Shown piece by piece: positions 35,651 through 45,445 of a stretch of DNA of 64,000 nt. Source of the stretch: Lama glama (taxonomy: Eukaryota); assembly GCA_028534125.1 (NCBI GenBank), contig CM052846.1, positions 1,116,001 through 1,180,000 on the forward strand, in the 5' to 3' direction. The translations under genes were made by a program, and so were the position numbers. The notes under the pieces were generated by a model. It saw nothing but the letters and a program-made list of their open reading frames with translations, made no database searches and was not told the origin of the DNA. Each line of letters starts with the position of its first letter. The stretch's first letter is position 1.

Positions 35651-37351
35651 GCCCTCCCCCTCTCCCTCCTGTCCTGCCCCTGTCCTCCTCCCTCTGCCCC
35701 GTGGTCAGCCGCCAGCCTTCCTGGCAGCAAAGAGGATGCAAACGTTGTCAGCAGCAGACTCAGGATTTCACGTGGCCGCCAGACCTGGGGAGGGCGAGGA
35801 AGGCCTTCAACCCTGGAGTTTCCCGGGTCTCCAGGCATTTAGCAAACGAGATTTGTTCTGCTTTAAAACTCTCACCTGGTACTCAAAGCAGTGAAGAGAA
35901 CGGCATGTTGGCCCCCTTCCATGGGCTCGAGGTGGGGAGGCTGCTCAACAGCCTTTCCTAGCAAAGGAAACTGTGTTTGAGTGAATGCACGTTTTACTGT
36001 AAGATCGTGAAGACTCAGAGGAAACTTGACCTTCAAGGGTCCAGCCTGGATGTGCCCTGTGAAGCTCTGCCCTCCAGAGAGAGGGTCCCAGCAGGAGGGG
36101 CACTCAGGAAACGGGGCCGACCAGCTGTCCACAGGCCCAGAGCCCTGGGGAACCAGGTGCAGGCTGCAGGCCGTTGGCAGCGCGGGTGGGGCCGCGCAGC
36201 CTCAGCGACCAGAGCGTGCGCCCCAGGCCAGCGGCGCGGGCGCGCTGGGACACTTGCTAGCAATACAGAAGGCCCGGTGCCACGCCGGACCCCCACGTCC
36301 AAATCTCTCTCTGTATGCATGTATATGTATGTACGTACATATATACACATACACAAAATGTCTCACAAGGATTTACTTGCAAATTGAAGTTCAAGATCCA
36401 CTTAATTGATAGAAAGACTTGAAATTCATTTTCTCCCTCAGTGAGGTGGTGTGGTCGCAGCGACCCCCATTCTGTGTGAAGCACTCTGTTGCTTCCCCTC
36501 TCTTGGCCGTTGCAAGCCATGCGGCCTCTGCAGACCCAGGATGTTCTGTGAGTTGCAAGCTTCGTGAGCACCTGAGAATACGGCCATCAGAACGTCCCAG
36601 GAAGCCGGGTATTCAACCCACGTCAGCGCTGGCTTTTCACTGTGGGGCGAGGTCACCAGGGGTCTGTCCTTCGGGGCTCGCAGGTTAACTTTGTTTGCGA
36701 GAGTTTTCCGAGCACTTGCCCCGGAGCAAGAAGGGCTTTTCATTCCTCGCCCCCCACCCGCCTCCTCCAGGACAGTTTGAAACCTACCAGCTGCCTCGTG
36801 CGTGTTTGTGTTAAAGTGTTAAGAGGTCGCCTGTTCCTCCCACAGGTGGTCGGCCGGCTGTGTTCCGCCTGCAAAGGCACGCTGCGTGGTGACAAGTTGG
36901 CACGCCCGTGCTAGACGCCCTCACGTCATCCCCTCGCTTTTATTGTATTACTGATCGTGACGATTCTCTTCAAGAAACCATCAAAGCGTAGTAACGCGCT
37001 GTGGTGTTTCACATGTGCTTTCTTAGTGAAGCCTCATAATAGTCCCACCAGGAAACTAACGGGGCCCCTTTTAGCAAGTAGTCTAAAAAGTTAAAGTCAC
37101 GCGGACAAAAATGCATTGATTCAACCCTCAAGCAGGGAGTTTCTTTCTTCCAGCGCCAAATGTTGAGGCCAACCCAGTGTCTATCATCCCTGGCTTGGTG
37201 TTCAAACCCCCCCCCTTTTCTTAATTTTTTTTGAATCAAACCCGTTTTTGATGGCTCTTTGTACTCTTTCTCCTGTAAGCTCTGGACAGGAATGCAGTCA
37301 GGGCCCTGGTTTCACAGTTTCTCGCCTGTTTCCGCCTGTCTGTCCCCCCAG

Positions 37352-37489
37352 AGGGCCAGGGCTTTGTGAGCGAGGACGAGTACCTGGAGATCTCGGACAT
37401 CAAACGGGACCAGTCCGGGGACTACGAGTGCAGCGCCCTGAACGACGTGGCCGCGCCCGACGTGCGGAAAGTGAAAATCACCGTCAACT
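37352..37489 (+). CDS. OPCML: OPCML coding exon (C-terminal half of Ig-like domain 2): (E)[45 protein letters not shown]
   Basis: Translation matches the mammalian OBCAM/OPCML peptide as I recall it, with the Ig DxGxYxC-type motif. Pyrimidine tract plus cag| acceptor ending 37351; T|gtgagc donor at 37490; 138 nt, phase 1 to 1. Confidence 0.97.
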
Positions 37490-37833
37490 GTGAGCCGACG
37501 GCGGCTGGGGCTCCGGGGGAGGAGGGCGCCCGCGGGAAAGGGCAGTGCCGTGTCCCGACAGCCCCGGGTTGTGCCCGGCGGGAACGCACTTGACCGGACC
37601 GCCGGGCCCACCACTGCTCAGAGCCGTGCGTCCCGGGCCTGCCTGCCCCTGCCAGGGAGGGGGAGAAGGGTTGGCTCTGGGTAGTTGGAAGCCTTGGGGA
37701 AGACGCTGGGGTCAATGCCGTATCCTCAAGCAAGAAGTTCTTTTCCCCAAATAAATGGTGGTTTAACCGGGAAGGTGGGGTGTCCCAGTGTGCCCCTCCC
37801 CTGTCCATGGACTCGCTCTGCATCTGCCCACAG

Positions 37834-37954
37834 ACCCTCCCTACATTTCCAAAGCCAAGAACACCGGCGTCTCGGTTGGCCAGAAGGGCATGCTGAGCTG
37901 CGAAGCCCCTGCCATGCCCGTGGCTGAGTTCCAGTGGTTCAAGGAGGACACCAG
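37834..37954 (+). CDS. OPCML: OPCML coding exon (N-terminal half of Ig3): (Y)[39 protein letters not shown](R)
   Basis: cccacag|AC acceptor and AG|gtaccc donor; 121 nt, phase 1 to 2, in frame with both flanking exons; contains the Ig B-strand Cys and C-strand Trp. Confidence 0.97.
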
Positions 37955-38410
37955 GTACCCGGGACGTGGAAACAGGGCGCGTCTGAAGCAGGGCTGGGGG
38001 CCTTCCCTGCACAGAAGGAGGGTGTTGCAGTCAAGGGGGAAGACACAGCAAAACCAAAATGGTTACAGCCTCCTTCGTAACAGCCTCCTCTTAGAACCGG
38101 ACAGAAACGGAGGAGGCTGGGAAGTGGGCAAAATGGATCGACCTTGTTTCCGAGTCAGAGGTTAGCTGCAGACATGGCTGCCTTCTGTGACCAGGACCTG
38201 GGAAGTAGCCTCAGAGCCTGGACGCCCTTCCCTCTCCGCTCCTGGTGGAGGCCGGGGAGCTTGGGGCCTGAGGTAGACGGACCGGGCTAGCCAGAGGGAG
38301 GAGCATTTTGTGTGTGGCTTCATCCGGGGGACCTCGAGTCCCCCAGTGCCTCCTGTCCGCTGTCTAACTGTGTTTGTGGACCAGACCCGCAGCATCTTCT
38401 CCTTACGCAG

Positions 38411-38562
38411 GCTGGCCACCGGCCTGGAAGGCGTGAGGATCGAGAACAAAGGACACATATCCACTCTGACCTTCTTCAATGTCTCAGAGAAGGATTATGG
38501 GAACTACACCTGCGTGGCCACAAACAAGCTTGGGAACACCAACGCCAGCATCACACTGTATG
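38411..38562 (+). CDS. OPCML: OPCML coding exon (C-terminal half of Ig3): [50 protein letters not shown]
   Basis: cttctccttacgcag|G acceptor and G|gtgagt donor; 152 nt, phase 2 to 1; IgLON motif [14 protein letters not shown]; N-glycosylation sequons NVS, NYT, NAS. Confidence 0.97.
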
Positions 38563-39446
38563 GTGAGTGCAGGGCGCCCGGGCGTGGGGCGCGGCCGCGG
38601 GGGCGCGGGGACTTGGAGGGAGGGGGCGGGCACCATCTGCGTGGCTGGTGTCCATTGTGCTGCTCACCCCGCCGCCCTTAGATCCGCGTGCTCCCACTCC
38701 CAACATTCCCCCGGCACATGGCACGAGGGGTTCACCAGGTCTCCTGTCAAGTGAGGTTCCGTCTCACAAAAGGAGCAAAACCAGCTCTGAACCAGGCTGG
38801 CTGGTGGCTGCTGTAAGTAAGACAGAAGCACGGAGCAGCCCCGCTGTAGCGCTCTCTGTTGGTCTCAGGGTAAATTGGGTGTAATGTGGAGATCGCCTCC
38901 ACCAGAAGAGCCTACGATTCTGGGGCAACGTTTAACCAAGCAGCTGCCGCCGTCTTGATTCCCATGTTGATGGTCATGCCACGTTCTTGTCGCTGGAATG
39001 AACGGAGCAGGGGTCTGCGTCCTCGTCAGGGCGGCTGCTCTGTCCCAGCTGGACCGTCTGTCTCCTCTCTGAAGGTCTTCCCTCCCATGCGGGTGGAGAG
39101 GCCTCCAGAGCCGTGACGGCCCCCTCCGGGGAGCCCTCATCCCGCCCTCGCTCAGTTCTCACCCTGCCGTGTCCCTCCCCGTGTGCCACATGCCACCCTG
39201 CGGGCCAGCCCAGCTTGCTGTGACAGTCCGTGTGTGTGTCCGTGTTGATTTGCGGAGGTTCGGTCGGAGGGTTGCATCTGGTGAGGAGGAGGAACAGGTG
39301 TCCCTTGTTCACGTGTCCCTCAGACCCTGAACAAGCTTTCCGCGTGGACGTGAACTGAGCTTTGTCCACCAACCATCTGAAATGTGTGATCTGTGTCTTC
39401 TGTTTTCTCTCCGCATTGTGTGTGCATTGTGCTGTGTGTGTCTTAG

Positions 39447-39473
39447 AAATAAGCCCCTCACCAGCCGTGGCAG
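39447..39473 (+). CDS. OPCML: OPCML alternative 27-nt microexon encoding EISPSPAVA between Ig3 and the GPI signal
   Basis: tcttag|AAATAAGCCCCTCACCAGCCGTGGCAG|gtgggt; 27 nt, symmetric phase 1, no stop. Resembles the EISPSSAVA insert I recall from longer mammalian OPCML isoforms. TGC motifs lie just upstream of the 3' splice site. Confidence 0.85.
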
Positions 39474-39959
39474 GTGGGTAAGCATGTTCCTTCCTCCCCC
39501 TCCTGCCTGAATGCCGATGCTTTTGATTTTCAGCCTCCTTCAAAGACAGGCTCGCCTGCCCCACTCCCTGATGCATTTCTCCTTAGCGGTTAGACTGCAG
39601 GGGCTGGTGCGCACCGTTTAGGGGACAAGCATGCGGAGCATAGTGGCTTCCACCCGCATGCATAGGTCATGCCGCGGTACATCTCAGAGGGAGGAGTTTT
39701 CTGCCCCCAAAACAATAAGCTTCTCCTTGGTGGCCTTTAGGAGGAGTGGTGCTCTGCTGTTTCTGCACACAGCAGTGCCAGGGGGCACCCATCCCAGACA
39801 CCACAGGGATTATCAGATGATCAGGTGATCGTCTCCATGGAGAAGTCACCTTAATACGAATGTACAATTCTCCCAGCCCAAGGAAAACAGGGCTAACAGC
39901 TTAATTCCGAAAGCTTCATTTTGAAATAGAAGCACATGGGTGATTATTCATAATGATCC

Positions 39960-40135
39960 TAATAACACCTTCCGTTCACCCAATGTGTACTGGCTTCTGG
40001 GCGTGCTGGGCTGTGCAGGACAGGTTATGGCCCCATTTTAAAGATGAGTAAGGGGAGGACCCAGGAGGCTGGGTGATGCTGAAGGGAGCATGCGTGGCTA
40101 GCGAACAGGTGTGATGAGACCCAGACCCAGACCCC
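39960..40135 (-). mobile_element. MIR SINE fragment
   Basis: gttatggccccattttaaagatgagtaaggggaggacccaggaggctgggtga matches the MIR core. Confidence 0.55.
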
Positions 40136-40299
40136 TCCTCGGACACCGGTCTTTGCCCGGAGGGTGGCAGGGGCACCAGGGGTCACACAGCCACGCTCAC
40201 TCTCAGGCCGGATGCAGCAGCGCTGGCCCTTCCTCTGTTTCCTCGGTGCCAGCCTCACAGCTGTCCTTGCCAGGGTCAGTCAGCCACGCAGAACACGGC

Positions 40300-40799
40300 N
40301 NNNNNNNNNNNNNNNNNNNNNNNNNNNNNNNNNNNNNNNNNNNNNNNNNNNNNNNNNNNNNNNNNNNNNNNNNNNNNNNNNNNNNNNNNNNNNNNNNNNN
40401 NNNNNNNNNNNNNNNNNNNNNNNNNNNNNNNNNNNNNNNNNNNNNNNNNNNNNNNNNNNNNNNNNNNNNNNNNNNNNNNNNNNNNNNNNNNNNNNNNNNN
40501 NNNNNNNNNNNNNNNNNNNNNNNNNNNNNNNNNNNNNNNNNNNNNNNNNNNNNNNNNNNNNNNNNNNNNNNNNNNNNNNNNNNNNNNNNNNNNNNNNNNN
40601 NNNNNNNNNNNNNNNNNNNNNNNNNNNNNNNNNNNNNNNNNNNNNNNNNNNNNNNNNNNNNNNNNNNNNNNNNNNNNNNNNNNNNNNNNNNNNNNNNNNN
40701 NNNNNNNNNNNNNNNNNNNNNNNNNNNNNNNNNNNNNNNNNNNNNNNNNNNNNNNNNNNNNNNNNNNNNNNNNNNNNNNNNNNNNNNNNNNNNNNNNNN
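40300..40799. other. Assembly gap (500 N) inside the last OPCML intron
   Basis: Run of exactly 500 N. Confidence 1.
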
Positions 40800-40814
40800 C
40801 AGGGAGCAGCGCGC

Positions 40815-41192
40815 GGGCCTGCCCGGGCGGTCCTAACGGTGTCGTGGGCTGGGGGTTTAGCCAACAGAGTGTGTCTTCTCAGTTTTGGAGACGGAAGGCC
40901 AAGGTGCCAAGATCAAGCCGGGAAAAGCTACCACCTGTTTCTGATGCGGGCTCTCTTCCTGGCGTGCAGACGCCCACGCTGTCCTCGCGTGGCCTTTCCT
41001 CTGAGCACCGGCAGAGAGAGAGGGCCGCTCCCTGGTGTGTCTTCTCACTGGGACACTAACCCTATCCCATCAGGGTCCCCCCATCATAACCTCATTTAAC
41101 CTCCATTACTTCCTGACGGGCCCAACTCCAACACACACTGGGGGCTAGGGCGTCACCACGTGAATCTGGGGGACACAACTCCGTTCCTAGGA
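40815..41192 (-). mobile_element. MaLR solo LTR (MLT1A/A0-like)
   Basis: caacagagtgtgtcttctcagttttggagacggaagg..ccaagatcaag, gggctctcttcctggcgtgcagacg, ggacactaaccctatc..atcaggg..cccc.catcataacctcatttaacctccattacttcct, and gtgaatctgggggacacaa. Confidence 0.82.
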
Positions 41193-44100
41193 GAGATGCA
41201 GCTCACACCCCAGTGAAGCGGCCCCGTGAAGCCCGTGTCTCCCATTAGCCTGTCGGAGACCGTCTTCCACTTCGGTTTCCCCTCTTCTACCCAATCCGCC
41301 CTCGTCATTTCGAGGGACGGTTTGCAGCCCGAACGCTCCCACTCCCCAGGCCACTCAGCAGGCCCGCGTTCCCAGGCGTGTGCTGGCGTCTGCCCTCAAG
41401 GACCAGAGCCCTGGTTGCTGGGGACCCTTGGGCCCTGTGAACCCACTTCTAGCAGGCCTCCGTCTGCTTCCCGCCTCCGTGCCACAGAACAAAGGCGAGT
41501 GGGATGAAAGCGACTTCAGGAGGAGGCAGCGGACACGGAGGCCGGAGGCAGCGGGCGACGCGGGAAGCGCTGGGGCGGATGGACAGAGGTGGTGGCGGCG
41601 GAGGGACTCAGGAGGGGGCGGGGGGGGACGGCGGGGCCGGGGCTGCACCAGCCGCGGCCCCTGCAGGAGCCGCACGACAGGGAGACCGCGCGGTGGGGCG
41701 CCGACCCCCGCGGCATTTCAGACCTTTACGCTGCGCACCTTTCATAGTTGACGGCAACCGCCGGGACGTGAGAGGCAGCAGACGTGCCCCGCGGACCCGT
41801 CCCGGGACATGGAGGCGGCGCTCCTGCGCCGACTCCGGTGCAAGCCGTGTGCTCTGTTCCGGGGCTGCCGTGAGACAGACCAGCGGAACGAAACAGCGTC
41901 CCGGCCTGCTTCCTAGCTGTCTAGGGCTCTGTTCTGAACTCGCAAAGCAGAGGGAAGGCAGGGCTCCGAAGCCCGTCGTCCGTGGCCTCGGGGCTGCGAC
42001 GGGCGCCCTGCGTCCTGGAAGCAACCTGCTCAAGCACCAGAGCCCTGGCCCGCCTTCCTGATAGGCGAGGCCTCCGAAGGCCCGCCTGAGCCCGGCGTCC
42101 CACGGTCCTGCCCGGTCTGCGTGCGGCCGGGGGAGGGGGGAGTCTGCCTGCTGGCCACCCTTGAAGGCCGCTCACCGTCTCTGGAGTCACCAACTCTCCG
42201 CCTCCCCTGGGTCTTGAGCCAGAGGCCCCGACCCTGTCCTTAGGCTTCTGAACTTGGTGACATCCGGCACCGGCACCACGGAGGCATGAGGCGCTCAGCG
42301 AGCTGTGTGAGCATCTGGATTCCTGGAGCTGCAGGGGAGAGGGACTGAGCAGGCAAACAAAGCCAGGAGGGGAGAGGGGACGCTGCGGAGAGAAGACCCG
42401 ACTTCTCGCGCTTTGTCTGTGAAACTGCAGCGGCGCAAATTAGTTCCACGAAGAGTTAAGGACCAGGAATGGGGACAGCACGTAGGCATCTTGTCATTGC
42501 AAACAGAAATAGCAGACTGTGCGGGTCAGGGTGGCATCTGGGCTCCAGAGTTTTCCTCAGGCCGAGCCCCGGCCCCGGCCCCGCCGTACCACAGCCCTGC
42601 AGACAGCCTGCCTCTGCAGCCCCTGGAAGACAAGGGGATGAGATCTGTCTTCTCTTTTGCTAATGGCCGTTTCTCCAGAATAAACAGACATGTCAGGCTG
42701 GCTCTTCAAACAGGCTTTTCTTCCGCTAGAGGGTCCCCGAGCGGCTCCTCGCATCCTGCACCCTTTGGGGTGAGTCTGGATTCTCCAGGTTGTGTGCCCT
42801 CGGGCTGGAATTTGTTCGTGTTTGTTTCTGCGTTAAGAGGTGCAGCCCTGTATCTGGCGGCCGTTACTGCCCGGTGAGCACTGGTTGGATTAATAAAGGC
42901 ATCTTCCATTGACTGGGGTGTCCGCACAGCCTCTCTGCAGGGGAAGCGCCTCGCTAACCAGAGGAAGGCCCAGTACCCAAAGGGCCTTGCAGTCCCCCCC
43001 CCCGCCCCAGGGAAGCCACATCGCTACTGCCCTGATGCGTCCCCTGGCGCTCCAGCCTCCCGCACAGCCCGGCGCTAATTTGAAATTTAGGGCTTTTCCA
43101 CTGGGTCTTTCTTGTGAGGGAGGCTCTATCAGACATCCCAGCAGACGGTTTAGGAAGACGTCCATCGCGTGATTTCTTCCTGCAGAGACATCAAAAGCTG
43201 CACATGCTTGTCCATTTCCTGCTGATAACGCATATGATTTTTATTTTCCAGATCCACAGTTTAAATCCAGGTGGGAGGGGATGAGTCAGAGCAGGAGATG
43301 GAGGCTTTTGGCTGATGACAGCCGCGCAATCACTCTTATTTCTGCAGCCTGCAAAATGTCAACATATTAGGAAAATAAAATATGCAGACATTTCACATTT
43401 CACTCGTGATGAGGCTCCTGGTCCCCCCCGCGCCCCCACCCGCTCCGTCTGAGTCATTGCCATTCGGCCGTCAGCCGGAGCGCTCGGCTCCGACCCGGGG
43501 CGCCTGGCGGGGCTGACGGCGGGGCTGCTGCTCCGGCGCGGGCCAGGGCCTCGCCGCTCCTGGGGCTGTGATGAGCCGGCGGGCTTGCATGAGCCTCTGG
43601 TACTAACTTCTAAGCGATGGTCTTTGTGGAAGAACAAAACAAAGATGGCTGCGTTTTTTGTGGGGTTTTTTTTTGCCTCTTTATCTGCACGTCTTCCTGG
43701 AGCTGTGAAGCCCGGTTAAGCCTCCTTGTTCCACGACACAGCGCTGTGTTTGCCACTGTAATTAAAGACAGTGGAGGAGAAGGTCCCTTTGACGGGGAAC
43801 GAGGCGCCTTCATCAGCCGGCACTGCTGCAAATAGGTTTACGTTTCACCAACAAGTGTGAGGCACACGCCCTCTAATTAGATTTCCTCGCTCCTCTTTTA
43901 ATCACCAAGAGCATCATTATCCTTTTGCTTCCTCATTAGGAAGGTTGCATAGTTCATATTCATACTTGTAAAACCCATCCAGATCTCAGAACAAGTTGCA
44001 TCCACTTAGACGTCAGACGCCTTCCTGATCTTGCTGTGTGTCACCGAGCTCAACTCGCCTGTGGGCTTTCTCTTCTTTTCTTGATGTGACGGTCCCTCCA

Positions 44101-45234
44101 CCTGCTGCTGTAGGATGTCCGCTGGACCGTCGTCCCCCTCGCTGAAGCACTGGGCTGTGTTTTCATGGACAGGAAAACGGTGACATCTCGGTACCTTCGT
44201 GGCTTGTAATGTACCCTCCACATTTGAGCTTCAAAATCCCCTGCAAGGTGGGAGTTCACCAAAGCTTCTGTATTTTTCTGGGGGCTTTGTGCTGAGTTGG
44301 GGACTTTGATTTTCAACACCTGCCACTCCCGAGGGTGGGCGGCCACCCCTGTAACACAGTGGGCAATTCTTGCTTCCAGGAGAGCTAGGCCCGCAGGTTA
44401 ATTCCATGTTAAGCCCTCAACCACATCTGCTTTTAAAAATAGTCTATAATGTGCAGCGTATTTAACTGAACAAAGTAAGTAGCCTCTCCAAGTGGACTTG
44501 GCTTTCTTCGTCTGCTCCCCTCTTTCTTTGCTTGCTTGTCCACCCCGCTGGGCCTCCCGCGTGGCTGGAAGCCCTCCCCGTGGCCCGGAGCGCACCTGGC
44601 AGCGGAGGGACTTGGACAGCATTTCTCGTTCCTGGAGTTTTCCCCGTGATCGTTTCCGTCCTGTACCTCCGCATTCTGTATTTACTTTCGTCTGCGTGTC
44701 TGTCCCCAAGGTCTCTGCTTGTCCTTGTTGCCATTCACAGTTCGTCTCCTGGCTTTGTAGCATCACACAAGCTTTTCCCTTCAAGGATGCTCACCTTCAG
44801 GCGTGAAGGAGGTGATGCATCTGCAGCTTTGAGGCGGGTGGAGGAGGAAGGGCGGGGTTGTCCCTGAAAAGTATTGAATTAAGTCTGATGCTTGTAACAA
44901 ACACACTGTTGGACTGAGTCGTGGCCAACCACGAATAAAGATCCCTTAAACGTGGCGATTGCCCGCAGAAAGGGCTGGGCTTCTAAACCCAGTTTCTTGG
45001 AATAACCGGCCTTCCTGGGAAGACCTCATCTGTGGTCAGAGCCCCCCCCCCCCGGCCAGGCCAGGAGCGACCTGGTCACTTGCTTGCTAAACCAGAGCCA
45101 CGTCTGCTCTCAGCTGGTGTTTGACAATTGTCCCTGAGAACCTGGTATCCACATGGCCTCTTATTTAAAGCAGGATCCCCACAAAGGGTGCTGTTTTAGA
45201 GACTGGTAATTATTATCTTGGTTCTAATTCAGCC

Positions 45235-45445
45235 AGAGTTTATTCACCCTTTACTTATACTCAGGGATTTTAGGTACCATCTTTAACTCATCCTCAGAGC
45301 AGCCCTATAAGGGGAGGTAGACCCACCCCCCCACATATTTTGAACTTAAAAAATAAAACCTGTATCAGAAGAGTTGACCGTCTTCTCCAAAGCCGTCCCG
45401 CTAGTGAGAGCAGAGTCAGAATTCACACCCCATCCTCCATGCCTC
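45235..45445 (-). mobile_element. MIR SINE
   Basis: atcctcagagcagccctataaggggaggtag...ccccacatatttt...ctccaaagccgtcccgctagtgagagcagagtcagaattcacaccc. Confidence 0.6.

Larger units (their letters stand above)
1..37351 (+). other. OPCML: Distal part of a large OPCML intron (upstream exon lies outside the window)
   Basis: I found no exon encoding the preceding peptide (first half of Ig2, ending roughly VTWRHLSVK). Sequence is repeat-rich, and IgLON genes have very large introns. Confidence 0.75.

Noticed and set aside
38563-38681. Intron read-through isoform (ORF 38310-38681 continuing GECRAPG...)
   Set aside because: Consensus GTGAGT donor and no nearby poly(A) signal seen; the open frame is explained by high GC.
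42891-44940. Intronic AATAAA hexamers (~42892, ~43374, ~44934) as alternative poly(A) sites for a truncated OPCML
   Set aside because: Hexamers occur at about chance frequency and I could not link any to a convincing terminal exon; 3'-end sequencing would be required.
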